The notes below the pieces were generated by a model. That model was not told the DNA's origin. It searched no databases and saw only the letters and a program-made list of their open reading frames with translations. From assembly GCF_009914755.1 (NCBI RefSeq), contig NC_060925.1: a stretch of 64,000 nt of DNA, one strand, 5' to 3'. The position numbers and the translations under genes were made by a program. How positions within the stretch are numbered: position 1 is the first letter of the stretch; each line of letters begins with the position of its first letter. Below are positions 38,661 through 53,109 of this stretch, in pieces. The DNA is from the human T2T-CHM13v2.0 reference genome, Homo sapiens.

Positions 38661-39701
38661 TCTTCTAAGATTTATGCCTTACAGTTTTTGGCTGCTTGTG
38701 ATCTCAAGCCCAAAGATCTAGAAGGCACCAGACCCAACTTGAAAGTGTGCCCTACCATCAAGTAATCGATTATAATCATTCAGATGGGACTAAATAGGAA
38801 CTCCATAAGGACGAAATACTGTGGAAGGAGAGACATAGTTTTCAAAGTAAGTGGGTAGGGCTGAGCAAGTAATACCATATACATTCATTATGGCCTGATA
38901 CTGTGTTGTACCAATACAGGTGAAACAAATATGATTAAACTTTATATCTGTAAAATCAAGGTGTCATCAACTGGTGCACTACACAAAAATGCTGTCAATG
39001 ATGTCCTTAGGAAGTTTGAATGCAATGGTATATTTAGGAACAGCTGAGATTGGCATCTCTCTTTGAGAAGACTGCCCTAATTTTCTTTGTAAAAGGCACA
39101 TCCTGTCTCTCCAGTTCAGAGGGTTGACCTGTCACTTGGGGTTAGTGATGACTACAGAAGTGAGGATGATAGTTGAGTAACTGGTTTGTCAACTCTTGGG
39201 AGTATGGAAAAGAGGCATGATATTATTGGAGATGGGCAGTATGAAGTAGGAAACAAGAGGAGTAGGTAGAGAGAAAGAGAGAAGAAAAAAAACAGGAGAA
39301 AGTGGTTAATGGAGTTTATGTAAAATTCACTCCAAACCTCACTTCCTCATAGTTCTCCATTTCCTCTGTCATTCAAGAATGAGAAAGATAGGCTCTCCTG
39401 AAAAACACTGAGAGGGCAAAGCTCTTTGATCTGGGACTGTCTGATCACAGATTGTTCCTTTAGCTCCTTGGCAGTCTGCTCAGCTCTTTCCCTAGATCAA
39501 TGTCTGGTTAGAAAGGGGGTATGAGACTGAATGAACTACTCACACCCTAGCTTCATTTCCATGATAACTGATCTTCACCCATTGCATTTGGGGTCTCATA
39601 ACTTACACCTTCCTAAGGAGGAATTGGTATGTTTGGAGAAGGAATGGGGTTGGCTTGTGGTCAAAGAGCTGGGCTTTTCAGAATTCTCTAAAGGATTGAT
39701 G

Positions 39702-39708
39702 TTTCTTT

Positions 39709-39747
<39 letters not shown>

Positions 39748-39901
39748 CTCTCTCTCTTTCTTTCTTTCTTCTTTCTGTCTTCTTTCTCTTTCTCTTTCTT
39801 TCTTTCTCTCCCTCCTCCTCCCTCCCTCCCTCCCTTCTTTCCTTCCTTCCTTCCTTCCTTCCTTCCTTCCTTCCTTCCTTCCTTCCTTCCTTCTTTCCTT
39901 C
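39702..39901 (+). repeat. Compound polypyrimidine microsatellite (TTTC)n(CT)n(CCCT)n(CCTT)n derived from an Alu tail
   Basis: Directly visible; abuts an antisense AluJ. Confidence 0.95.
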
Positions 39902-40186
<285 letters not shown>

Positions 40187-43100
40187 TGAATGATATTTCT
40201 TTTAGAGATATTTCTGTTTTCAATGCTTAAAGTAATAGTAATTCTTTCCAGATGGCTTGAAATCAAAACATTCCCATTTCCCTTTAGAAAATGGCCACAG
40301 TACAATATCTCCCAAATAGTCCTACAACAACAACACAGGCTGAAGTATGCCTAGTCATTTGTTAGTCAAATGGGAAAGTAGGAAGAAGTGATGGATTGGT
40401 GACAAACTGGCTCAGCCAGCTGGTCCAAGTTAGGAGCCATCTTTCCTCTCCCTGGATGAGAATGGCTGTCCAAAATTGCAGGATTTCAGGGGTAGGAATG
40501 TTTTAGGATTGCTTGCAAGTCAAAGGATTCATGTGGCGAGAGTCACGGGGGAGATGGAGGTATACAGAGAAATGAAGATGACAAATACCTGCATTGAAAT
40601 ATTAGCGATTCTGAGATCCTCCATTAGGCCTGAGGGGAGAAACCATGACTTAATCATTTCTTTATCTCTAGTTAGCATGTTTGCTATCTCTACGTCTCTA
40701 TCTCATAGCTGGCACATAACAGCTGTTTCATAATATTTAGTTGATTGACTGAATAAAAGTAAGATTTGATGTTTGTGAACATATCTCAGGAGTGCTGCAC
40801 AATCTGGGACTTCCTAAAGGCATAAGATTTGTCCTCTATAAATGAAAGATATATTTCTTTTTATTTTTTTAACTATCCCTCATTTAACTCTGATTTGATT
40901 TTTCTCAGCTGGGCTCCTTGTTAACTGGGAATTTGAATCCAAAAAACTGGCTCCAAATGAGATACAGAAGATAAATTTTCTTTCTCCTAGGCTCCTAAAA
41001 GAGGAACAATTCATTCTGGGATCCAGAAACGGAACCCAGAATAGGGATTCTTATAAATTCTAAGCGAAGCTCAGAATTAAACAAAGAGAAGTGCCTTTCA
41101 GAGTTATCTTCATTGAGCGACCACACAACTGCCTCAGAAAGGCAAAAACAAATGTCCAGTAAGTATGGAATTTTCTGCTCATTCTTTCCAATTAATAAGC
41201 CCCCTAGGCTTTACAATAAAATCTGGGGGTTTTTACAAAGTCGGATCTCTTTTTTGTACATGAGAATTGTTAGAGTATACTGGCTTAAAATTCAAAAACA
41301 ATAAGGAAAAGATAAGCAATGAGAATTAGTATTTGTCACTGAGAAACAACAAGGTAAGATACATTTACAGCTTAGTGGCTAAAAGCAGGGTCGCTGGTTG
41401 TAGCCTGACTGGGTTTGTATCCTGGCCCAAACCTTACTGCTTCCTTATGGCTTTGAGCAAGGCTGTTGTGAGACTGAAATGCATTTTATCAAGAAAAGTG
41501 CTTAAAATATACCTAGAATATAAGCACTCAATAAATATTAACTAATCATACTATTATTTTTCAAAAATGTTTTCTAAATCACAATTCTAATAAGTCCTGC
41601 TCAAAATACTTGAATAGCTGTTCATTTTCCCCCTGGATAAACTGTCCTTTAGTATGGCCTACAGGTACATTCCAGGGCTAGCCTCTGCTTACTCTTCCCC
41701 TGCAACTCCTCCCAGATCAAACCCTAAGCTCCAGCTTTACTTGGAGCTCTCTGAATTGCCTTCCTCTTTTATATCTCTGTACATATTCTTCCTTCTACTT
41801 GAACTATTCTTTCCCACTCATTCACCTGGCTGATATCAATTTGTCCCTAAAATAGACCAGATATCAGCTCTTCCAGGAAGCTCCCCCTAATATAATCAGC
41901 TTGGCTTAGGGACTCTTCCCATAAGCTCTTACTTTCCCGTGATCTGCTGCATCATGTTCCTTATCATGCTCTGCTGACATACTTTCCTTCTCTTCCTCCC
42001 CCGTGGACTATGTGCTCCTTTGGGAGAAGATGTGGCATCTTTTTCTCCAGTGTATCCCCAGCCTGTATCACAGAGCGGGTATTCTAAAAAGTGCTTGGAA
42101 TTTTAAAAATGGCTAACTATTTAAAAGAAGGAGGCTTAAAAATGAGCAGACTTAAAAATGAGGTTTTAAAATGAATTATCCTATAAGGATCAGCAAAGGA
42201 AGAATTAAAACCCAAAAGAAAATAAATAAATACAGAAAAATCTGCAATTCCCCCACCTCTCAACTCACTCCTGAATCCTTACATTTGAAGCCTGGGATTC
42301 ACTCCACTTTTTTTCAGTTTCAAGTTCTGCTTAAAGACATGTCAGGAGTCACAGTCTCCAGTGACCCAGGTCTTTGATGCCGCTACCTAATCCTGCTTTA
42401 TTTCCTGCAAGCAACCGCAGCACCAACTCTGATCCTCAACAGGAAATTCTGAGCATTCACTGATTCAGGTCCTTTTAAGCTGATTATGGTTCTTAGCGGT
42501 AAGAGATCCAAGGCTTTCCATAATCTACACAATGTGAAGCCTGTCTATTGAACTAGCTCAGCACCTGATTCGTAATACCCAATTGCCTTTACTTTTTCTA
42601 AGTATGATAGAGGGCTCCAGTTAATTCTTTAAATACCCTTCTTAGTGGAAATACCATCCCATCACACATTGATTCTGAAAGTGATAGCTAAGGTCATTCA
42701 GCAGATCAGTGGCAGAACAAGGAGGTCAGATTCCAGTTCCAGCCAACAGGGTAGTTCTAGGGTCATATAACCCAAGTCAGTCTCTTTTTCCCTTTGGCAT
42801 TTTTCATTCTGGACACAGAACTATGGAATCAAAAATGGGAGAGGGGGCAAGCTTAAGAGAAAGTCATATATTGAACAATGGTAAGTGGCATGAACATATA
42901 ATAAATAACATTTACAAATTCCCTGTGTACTGATTCCCAGGAATCTGAAAGGCAGCAGCAAAAGAAAATGCCCTAAATTAGCCAAGGGTATTACCCGATG
43001 TTCATTTCTTTGGCATGAAAAAACCCCCAAAAAACTAGAATAAGAATTAGGAGGGAAATAAGATGTCTGAAGAGTTAGGGACTTTTCCATCATTTTCTTC

Positions 43101-43385
43101 TGCCATTTCTAAAGATTTTGCTTTGAGACTAATTGGATTTAAACTTCTGAAATGCCTTTCTTGGGATATTTGATCATGGCAAGTGGGAGAGACTTCAGAA
43201 TATTTCAGTCTCAAGTGGGAATAACTTCAAAGCTATTCACCTTTCCCAGCAGTAGGCAAAAGAATGGTCAGGGAACATTTCAAAGTTAATGAAATCTCTT
43301 CTAGTCCAAAGTCCAAAGATCATATATCTACCTCTATAGCTCTTATACCTACTATATGGTCTGTCGCTTAGTAGATTCTCAACAA

Positions 43386-43683
<298 letters not shown>

Positions 43684-43719
43684 TAAATCATGGCCTCTTA
43701 CCTTTTTTTTTTTAAGTGC

Positions 43720-43877
43720 CTTCAATTGTACCATTCACCAATTTCTGTGGTATAAATCTTCCAGCATGACCAATTTCAAGCTACCAACAGCTTAACAACC
43801 AACTCACAAAATTTTGGAAAAGTTAACAATCACTTTCATCACTTTCATAACCAGTAGGAATCAACTCCAGCACACCA
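43720..43877 (-). mobile_element. hAT-Tip100-type DNA transposon end (Arthur/Zaphod-like)
   Basis: ccaatttctgtggtataaat...ccaatttcaagctaccaa...aactccagcacacca. Confidence 0.55.
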
Positions 43878-44356
43878 GAGCTTGGCTCTCTGTATTCAAA
43901 AGCAAGTCAGTACTGAGTGGTTTCAATGCATTTAGCCCTCAAAGGGAAGTAGGGATACTCAGAGTTGGCTTGGGAACAGAAATTTGACAGTGTAATAAAG
44001 CTTCATGCTTAGAAAAGCATATAGGTGATGTCCTGTGGGAACTACCAAGGGCTGAAATAATTTTCTGCCTCTAACCTAGTATGAAAAATTGAAGAAGTAC
44101 ATGTAGACCCTTCCTCTGCATGCTGCACCTCTTCCTCTAAGCAAAGGAGAAAGAAACCTTAGCATGCATAAACCCTCTCCAACAGGGCTGAGGTTCTCCT
44201 GAACAAGGGAAAAACTCAAATCCAGGTTTGAATGTGCTCAAGTCACAGTTACCAATTTAAGATCTTTGTAATAGTGGAGATTAGATCAAAGAAGGTTATT
44301 TCTAATCATTGTACTGAAATGCTTATTTGTGATACACCAGGAATACTTTTTGTGTG

Positions 44357-45076
44357 TGTTAATAGAAAAACTAAAGTCTGTAAAATATTTTTAAAATATT
44401 AATTCTGAGCCAGTATGAGTGACCACAGCCCAAGGAAAAACACAAACCCAACAAGTTTGGTCCTGAGGTGGTTAAATTACAGATTGGTTTTATACATTTC
44501 AAGGAGGTAGTAGGAGTTACAGGCAAAAGCATAAATCGATACCTGGAAAGTATATATTGGTTCAGCCCGAAAAGGTGGGATATCTTGAAGCAAGGGCTTA
44601 CAAGTCATAGGTGGATTCAGATATTCTATAATCTGCAATTAAAGGAACAAAAATTTGTCTAAAAGCTTGGAGTTAGCAGAAAGGAATTAAGTTATGAATG
44701 CTACGTCAGAGTTAGCCACAATATGATATGTTTGGCAACATTTATTGTTTGTAAGCATGACTTAGCCCTTGCCTTCTATGGCCTTAGTCTTGTTTGTAAT
44801 TTGGTATCTTATTACCAGTTTGTTTTGTCAGTCTGATGATATTTATTTTAACATTAATGCTGGTCAGTTGTTGTACCTAAACTCCAAAAGGGAGAGAGTA
44901 GAACCAGGCACGTTGGATTCTCCCTTATACTCTCTCCCTTTTGGAATCTAGGCACAACAGTTTGGAGTTTAGGCACTCCCAGTTTTTAAGGTTTCTCTGG
45001 GGTCCCTTTGACCAAGAGGGGAGCTGCTCAGTTGGTGGGGAAGGGGGGTGGTTTAGGATTTTATTTTTAGTTTACA
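44357..45076 (-). mobile_element. ERV1 solo LTR, MER4 group (MER4C/D-like)
   Basis: TG...CA termini. Reverse strand starts tgtaaactaaaaataaaatcctaa. Homologous to 49593-50253. Confidence 0.85.
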
Positions 45077-45734
45077 TAAGTTTGGCAATAAGCATTGTTC
45101 ACCAAGACAAGTAGACAGTTATTTCCATTCTCCCACAACTTACATCATTCACATAGTTTTTGATAAAAGTTTCTCCACTTCTCATGCTGCTAAGTTAATA
45201 GGGTTTCCTATACATGAATGCTTGAGATGAGTATGCTGTGATACGTTCCTTAGAGATACACATTTTCAGCCCAGTGTGACTCCTTTAAGCCGATACATCC
45301 TCTTCACAATACACTCTGGACAGATTCAGAGCCAGACACACGGGGTTCTGGTTATAGGTTGCAGGATTGAACCTGGGGCCCAGGTTACCCGTGAAGCACA
45401 TATACTTCCTTCTCCAGGTCTGCCCTGTCCTGGAGTGGGGAGCCTTGCTGGGGGTACGAGATGATAGCCATGCCAGCAGGGTTCCTCTAAGGCTCATACT
45501 GACTCTACCACACAAACATCAAATAAAAGGCAGGTCTCAGCCTATTTGTCCATTTACACATTTAGTTCCACATCACTCACCACAGTCTACTTTTTGCATG
45601 TCACTTGGTCCCACTCTTGTTTTTCCTACTATTCACTTTTCTAATTGTCCCCTTTCTTCTTACCTAAGCTCATTCTGTGAAATCATTCTATTGTGTTTTC
45701 TTCTTTTCTCCTAGGTTGGCTCCTCATAGTTTAC

Positions 45735-45975
45735 CATAGGAGTTAGCAGCATCTGAGAAGTCAAGAAGTCTGCATTTGTACCTTGGCTCCTTCACTTGCT
45801 GGCTATGTGACCTTGGGAAAGTAGCTTGACCTCTCTGAGCCTCAGTTTCTTAATCTGCAAAACAAGGTTGCAATGATTCCTTATCTTATGAGTGTTGAGG
45901 CAAAACTAAGAACATACCATATGTGCTGAGTACCCAGCAAATGTTTCTGTGGTAGGTACTTAAATATGTTAGCTC
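45735..45975 (+). mobile_element. MIR
   Basis: ggctatgtgaccttgggaaagtagcttgacctctctgagcctcagtttcttaatctgcaaaa. Confidence 0.85.
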
Positions 45976-47544
45976 TTCATAGCATTACTTTTATCCTTGA
46001 TACCACCATTGTCTTCAGTAGACGTGGTGTTTCTATGGCACAATGTTGTCTCAAGTGACATGGATAATGCTCACAACTCCAGCCCCAGCCCAGCTCTACT
46101 TCCAGAAATCTCCTTGGCCAAGGTTCTTGAACAGAGTGTTCATAAGTGCTTTACAGGTGAGGAGATGCTTATAAAACTCACGCCAAACCCACTTCCAAGC
46201 ATAGAACTCTATAACACTCTGTTCCTTGAGATATCTTGCAAAACTGTCTTGAATAAGAAAATCCTTCATGACTTTTTGATTCTGCTTGTCATGTACTTTG
46301 TTATTGCTGACACAAAAATATGTCTAGACATTTTTTTCTTCAATTTACATTTTATAAATACTGACTTCTTGGCCTTTAAAATGAATAATGGCCATTGAAA
46401 CAATCATGGTAATAAAATGATTTTATTATTTGTTTTCCCTCTAAAAAGCTGAACCAGAGCTATGCAAGATGGCCTCTTGTACCTTCTATTGAAGGTCAGT
46501 CTTGAGTCCTACTTGAAAGCCCTTCTCCTTTTCACTTTCCTCCATTTGTGCTGTGGAAGTAGCCAAGCTCCTGAAATAGGACAGATGCCACCTGGATTTG
46601 TGAGATCTGAATACCCTTGAAGGCTGCAACCAAACTCATCTGTCAGAAACAGAGGCTTGAGATTACCTCCAGGGTAAAAAATGCCTTTGAATTTTCCAAG
46701 ATACATAAAAAAGAGACTCCATTTATGAAGTTACATGTGGTTCTGTGTGTCAGGGGAATAAATCATGCTTTATAGGTAATATGACAGAGGGCTTTAGAGG
46801 CATTTGAGAAATCTGGAGAAGGCAGGAGATAGCCAGGAATAAGGAACAAGAAGAGCACGTGGGGTTTTCCAAAGGGCAATCTGAAAGGCCATTGTCCAGT
46901 CACCGCTGTTAGAACCTTCAGCAGTCTCTGGCAGCACCATCACTGTTCCATTCCACTCCATCCCCATCCTGTCTTCTCCCTTCCTTCCTAAACTCCTTCT
47001 CCAACTCTTGTTCCTGCTTCCCAATCACCCTGCAGTTCTATTCCTGTCTTTGACTTCAAATGGGTGGGTGGGAGGACTACATTTGGCAAAAGGATTCCTA
47101 AAAGCTTTGCCCAGAGGTCTAAATTCATTTTCTCTCAGATATTTGTCTTGTGTCATGTTGCAAGCTGCCTGTTGCCATAAGGGCTGCCTAGAACTAGCCC
47201 AACATTACCACTGTCAAGTTATAAGTCCTCAGCCCAACCCTTGCACAGTGAATTTGTATTTTGTTCTAGAACCTTAAGGATGATAGCCTGCAAATTTAAA
47301 GAAGGAGATTCAAGAGTTGGAAGGTTGCCAGAAGTAATTTTGTCCAATGCCAGAAGCCGAGGACCACTTATAATATTCTTCACAGAGAGTTGTCTGGCCT
47401 TTGACCAAATGCCAGGTAATAAAGATTGTCTCTTCAGAAGAAAAAGAAATGTTTAGGAAAAAGAGGTGGGAAGGAGGTGAAATTTTCATAATATAACTTT
47501 TTGTTCCTTTTGAATATCATTGTGTTGTATATATCACTTATTTA

Positions 47545-47995
<451 letters not shown>

Positions 47996-48847
47996 TCAAC
48001 CTCTTTATGCTTCCACTCTTCTACTTCTCCCCTGTAGTAATAATACAGAGCCAGCCACTTCCCTCCAGTAACAACAAATTTTCAAATATTTGAAGACAAC
48101 CAATCTATCTTCCTTTAGTTATTTCTTCTTGAATGCTAGAAAGATCACCCACTTTGCTATGCCAGATCTCTCAGCTAGTTTTAATGTTTGTGGGAAAAAA
48201 AAGAACTTGTCCCAGGGATGAGATTTCCTTGTACTGTCTTGCTGAATCTGGCCTCCATTGCTCACTGAAGGGTGATGCTTGGGTAGAGCCAAATTTTATT
48301 CCAAAATAAGGGTGTAGCTCTGGTCTGGCTTAACTTTGTAGGCTTAGAGTGTTTGGGACATGGGGGTAAGAGGGGATTCTCCCTGATGGTGGACACTTGA
48401 GCTTCCTAGCATCCTCAGGAAAAATGTATGAGCTTTCATAATAGATTACAACTCATGTTTTTGTTGTAGCCTGTTTCTGTACCATACAGGTTTTGCACAA
48501 ACGTTCATTTAGAAGTTTATAAAGTCAGTAAAATCAGAACACTAAATTTAGTCTTAGATTGGAAAGGCAATAGACGGGACTGAAGCTCTGTCCCCAATGC
48601 CTTTCTTGATTTTTATATAATTTCAATAAGCATTGTCTCTCCTCCTCCTTTCACCCCAAGTTCCTATAACTGTGCTAAAATACAAAGGAAGCACCAAAAG
48701 CCTATATTCATGTTAAGAAGACTACGTGCACACAAAAGCAACAAAGGCAGAATCTGAAACATGTTGAACTATGGACAGACAGCAATCAGTCACCAAGGAC
48801 AGCACTAAAATCATGGGGTCCTCTGCACCAGGTGTACGCATAGGTAC

Positions 48848-49467
48848 TGTAGGGGCCAGAGATTCACTAAAAAAATCAACTCACAAAAGGCAGATTAATT
48901 GGAGAAAAGGCAGGTAAACTTATTTAACATGTATACTCAGGAGCCTTCAGACTGAAGACTGAAAGATAAAGGGGAAATGGTTCATTTTTATGCTTAGTTC
49001 AACAAAGTATGGAGAGCTGTGTAGAAATATGATTGGACAAAATAGGTATGATCTAATGCTAGCAGACTGAGTGGGGAAAACCAGCAAGGCCTCTCTGCCT
49101 GATTCTTCTTAGCCTCTGAGCATGCACTCCTTCCTTCTGAGTTTGGGGCAGAGCCCTCTCTGCAATCGGGGGTCTTATGACCTACAGTCAAACAAGGTAA
49201 GTCAGACAATTTCTTTATGGACAGTTTTTACGCAGAAAGAGGAAAAGTTAGAGTAATATTTTTAGTTTTTATGGCTAGCTTTAGGGAAAAAGCCCTCTGG
49301 TGTCCCTGACCCACCTTGGTGAAGAGGGATTCTGGTTTCTATGATTAGTCTCAGGGGAGAAAGCAGGCTGGGAGACAAGAGGGCAGCAGCAGGTCAAAGA
49401 AAACCTTTGGCTCCTGAGGCTGTTTCTGAGGCCTTCATTCTGGGGTATTGTTTTCTGAGCCCCAACT
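48848..49467 (-). mobile_element. ERV1 solo LTR, MER39-like
   Basis: Homologous to 32278-32795; flanks gtac and gtat. Confidence 0.87.
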
Positions 49468-49592
49468 GTATCCTACCCAGGGCAAACTAATAGGCCTTCC
49501 AGACCCTGAACATTATCTTCATTGCCTGTCTCCTACCAAAAAGGGATCCTACTGATCTATTAATAGATGCCTTTTGAGGTATCCGTCCAGTT

Positions 49593-50253
49593 TGTAAACT
49601 TAAAATCCTAAGTTCTCCACCAACTGAACCCTCTCTTGGCCATGGGGACCCCAGAGAAATCTTAAAAACTTAGTTCCTGTCCATGACAGCAAGAAAGGTT
49701 GGACCTACCTTGTTATGCTCCCTCCCTTTTGGAGTTTAGGCACAACTGACCAGCATTACTGTTAAAACAGAGATCATAAGGCTAACAAAACAAGCTGGCA
49801 ATAAGATACCAAAGTATACACAAGACTAAGGTCATAGAAGACAAGGGTTAAGTCATGCCTACAGACTATCAATCTGGCTACAGAGCTTCCTAATCTTAAC
49901 TTAACACATTCCTTTTTATTGACTTCAAGTTGTAGATGGAACCTTACTCCTTTGACCAATTATAAATTAAAGCATCTCTAAATTCACCTGTAACCTATAA
50001 GCACCCCCCTTCCCACTTCAAGATATCTTGCCTTTTCAGATGGAACTAATGTATCTCTTCCACGTATTGATGTATGTCTTTCCTTTAACTCCTGCCTCCC
50101 TGAAATATATAAAACCAAAATGTAATCTGACTGCCTTGGGACCACTTACTCAAGGCTTCTTGGCTTTGTGTTTCTCCCTGGGCAGTCATCACTCATTTTG
50201 ACTCAGAATAAACCCCTTTAAAATATTTTACATAATTTGGTTCTTCATTAACA
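49593..50253 (+). mobile_element. ERV1 solo LTR, MER4 group
   Basis: tgtaaacttaaaatcctaag...cagaataaacc...ttcattaaca. TSD agtt at 49589-49592 and 50254-50257. Confidence 0.87.
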
Positions 50254-50907
50254 AGTTGCACCCATATACTTTTTCCTCCTGGTTCCCTTATGACCAAGGA
50301 TATAATTTGGGACTAACTGATGAGAGAAGAAAAGTCTGCAATGATGAGGACTGAGCAGTGGGTACAGAGAAGTATGTCTGCCAGCAGAATCCAAGCCACA
50401 TCTTTAAGGCTCAGATTTAGGCCAGAATATAACTCACCCCTTGGAGGTGGCGAGTCCTATAACACCAGGCTTAGCCAGTCTATGGCATTGCTAATGCCCT
50501 CATCAGTATGGTAAAGGCTTGCTGGAAAGCTGGTCTTCCAGAGCATCTGCTCTGTCATCAGAATTGTTACCATGGGAGGAACTAGGTATCTAGAAAGGGA
50601 TCAAGTGGATTATTGAGGCCTTCTGTGTAAGCCTGTGCTCTTCTGTCTCTGCTTAGACGCACCTCTCATCTATCCATCACTCTGGACCAATTCACACTGG
50701 GCAGTCACCTCCCATTTGTTCACTCAATCCATTTACCCCTAGTTTAAGCTGGAACATGTCAAACATTTGTCACCCCAGGTTTTACCACTAACTAAGCAGA
50801 ATGCCTCACAGTTTCTGCTTTTACTGTTCTCTGTGAGTGTGGGAATCAGGTCTTTGAGGAATGGAGGGTCCACAGAACTTAGCAGGATAGCAAAGGCTGG
50901 GTGGGAG

Positions 50908-51369
50908 TAAGGGAGGAGACCACCCCTCATATTGTCTTATGCCCAATTTCTGCCTCCAGAGAAAGAAAAAGTAAAAACTAAAAGACACAAATGAAATCCA
51001 CAAGCAGACAGCCCGGCGCCACACCCTGGGCCTGGTAGTTAAAGATTGACCCCTGACCTAATCGGTTATGTTATCTATAGATTACAGACATTGTACAGAA
51101 AAGCACTGTGAAAATCCCTATCCTGTTTTGTTCTGATCTAATTACTGGTGCATGCAGCCCCCAGTCACATACCCCCTCCTTGCTCAATCGATCACCACCC
51201 TCTCACACGCACCCCCTTAGAGTTGTGAGCCCTTAAAAGGGACAGGAATTGCTCACTCAGGGAGCTCAGCTCTTGAGACAGGAGTCTTGTCGATGCCCCC
51301 AGCCAAATAAACCCCTTCCTTCTTCAACTTGGTGTCTGAGGAGTTTTGTCTGTGGCTTGTCCTGCTACA
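50908..51369 (+). mobile_element. HERV-E solo LTR (LTR2)
   Basis: Starts taagggaggagaccacccctcatattgtcttatgcc, ends cttgtcctgctaca. TATA-like cttaaaag at ~51232; AATAAA at 51306-51311. Confidence 0.92.
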
Positions 51370-52544
51370 GAACAGTATGCACAAAATAGTTATCAGTGGA
51401 GATTTAGTGGTTGCCTATTATCTGCCTGGCACTGTGCTTGGCATTGGGAAATCAAATGAATAAGAAGCTTACAACTTCTTGTTGAATAGAAGAAGCAGAC
51501 AACTAAACAAGCCATCATGAAATAATATGGTAAGAACAGGGGCTATTAGAGCATCTGGGATCAGCACCTAATCCAGCCCCGGTGAGAGATAAGGTTGGGA
51601 AAGGGAATCAAAGAACCATCTGGGGGAGGTGACATCCCAAGGGCATGGAAGATATTAGTTAATCCCAGGACATGGCAGGGTGTAGGAACAGACAGGAGGT
51701 TCAGCAGCCAGCATAACTGGTTAGAATTGAATGATGACTCTCTGCATATCAGAATGTTTTACTTATAGCTAGAAAGTTCTAAAGATTTAAACAGCAGTTT
51801 TTCACTCCTCTGATGGTATTTAATGATGGTGATTAAATACCAGTTAGTATTCACATTCAACCTAGGTTTACTTTAGAAAGCCTTCTGTCCTGATCTGGAA
51901 AAGAAAGCTTAAAATGTGTCAAGGTCAGAAAAAGCAATGCCCGGGTATCTATCCCCTACTCGCTAGCTCTGCTAGAAAAACAAAGGCCATCAGCAAGTGT
52001 CAACCATGCTGGAATGTGCTGGCGCAGCTCTGGGGCTCCGGGCATTTTCTCTCCTCTCCTTCTTTCCTCTTTTGGTCTAGTGAGCTTGCAAGCTGCCTGC
52101 ATTCTTGTGAGCTGCCCCTGTCAGGTCTCATACAGGACTCCCTGCTTAACCAGGCAAACACACACGATTGCTTTCAAGCAGACTTCCTCCTGGATGCCTC
52201 CCCAATTCCCACTGCTCCACCCACACATGCCCTGGGGCCCTTAGAACTGTGGCAGCTCTCTGGAGACAGAAAGTCTGCAAGGGAGAAACCCTTCTCTTGT
52301 GGGAGAACTTAAATGGGGGAGAGGATATGAGATGTGATTGCTAGATCCTGTCCATAGGACTCAGATGGAAGTACAATGGTTCATCCTCTTAGAAAAATCC
52401 TTAAAGTTTTCAAAAGAAAGGAGAGGACCTTCCAATCTTTGCTTCCGTAGTAAGTGTAAATAACATTCTTACAAGCTCAAATTAAAATTTAGCATGGATT
52501 ATATCATTTAATCTACACAATAATAAAGTGTTTACTATTATTAT

Positions 52545-52810
52545 CCCTCGATGTGCCTCAATTCGTTCATCTGTAAATTGGGGATAATAGCACCTACCTC
52601 TTAGTCTTATAGGAATCAAAAAATTAATAGTAAATACATTGGAACTATGCCTAGTGCATAGTAAGCAGTCAAAAAATATCAATATGTGTTTTTGTGAGGA
52701 ATCTGGAGCACAGAGAGGTTAAATAATTTGGCCAGGATCACACAGCTTGTAAAATAAGGCCAAGATTCAAACCCCGGTAGTTTGGCCCCAGAGCCTGCTC
52801 TCCTAATGGC
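52545..52810. mobile_element. Two MIR fragments in opposite orientation
   Basis: tgcctcaattcgttcatctgtaaattggggataatagcacctacctc (+), then cacagagaggttaaataatttggccaggatcacacagc (-). Confidence 0.75.
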
Positions 52811-52921
52811 AGCGTTATTTGCTGTGCTGCTCTGCTGCACAAAACAATTAAAGAGTAACAAGAAACCAGTGACTTTGGGTGGCTAGAGAGAAGCTGGGGA
52901 ACCCCTTGAGTTTGTGTAAAT

Positions 52922-53109
52922 GAGTGGTTCTCAAAATGTGCCCCCCTGGCAGCATCCTCCCCATTTCCTTAGGAACTTGTTATAAATGCAACTTCTCAGG
53001 CTACATCCCAGATCTACTGAATCTCCAACTCTGGGGTGAGACCCAGGATACTATGTTTTAAAGCGTTCTCCAGGGGATTTAGAGGCACACTGATATCCCA
53101 GAAGCACTG
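52922..53109. mobile_element. MER5A (hAT-Charlie MITE)
   Basis: agtggttctcaaaatgtg...aaatgcaacttctcaggctacatcccagatctactgaatc...agaagcactg. Confidence 0.85.
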
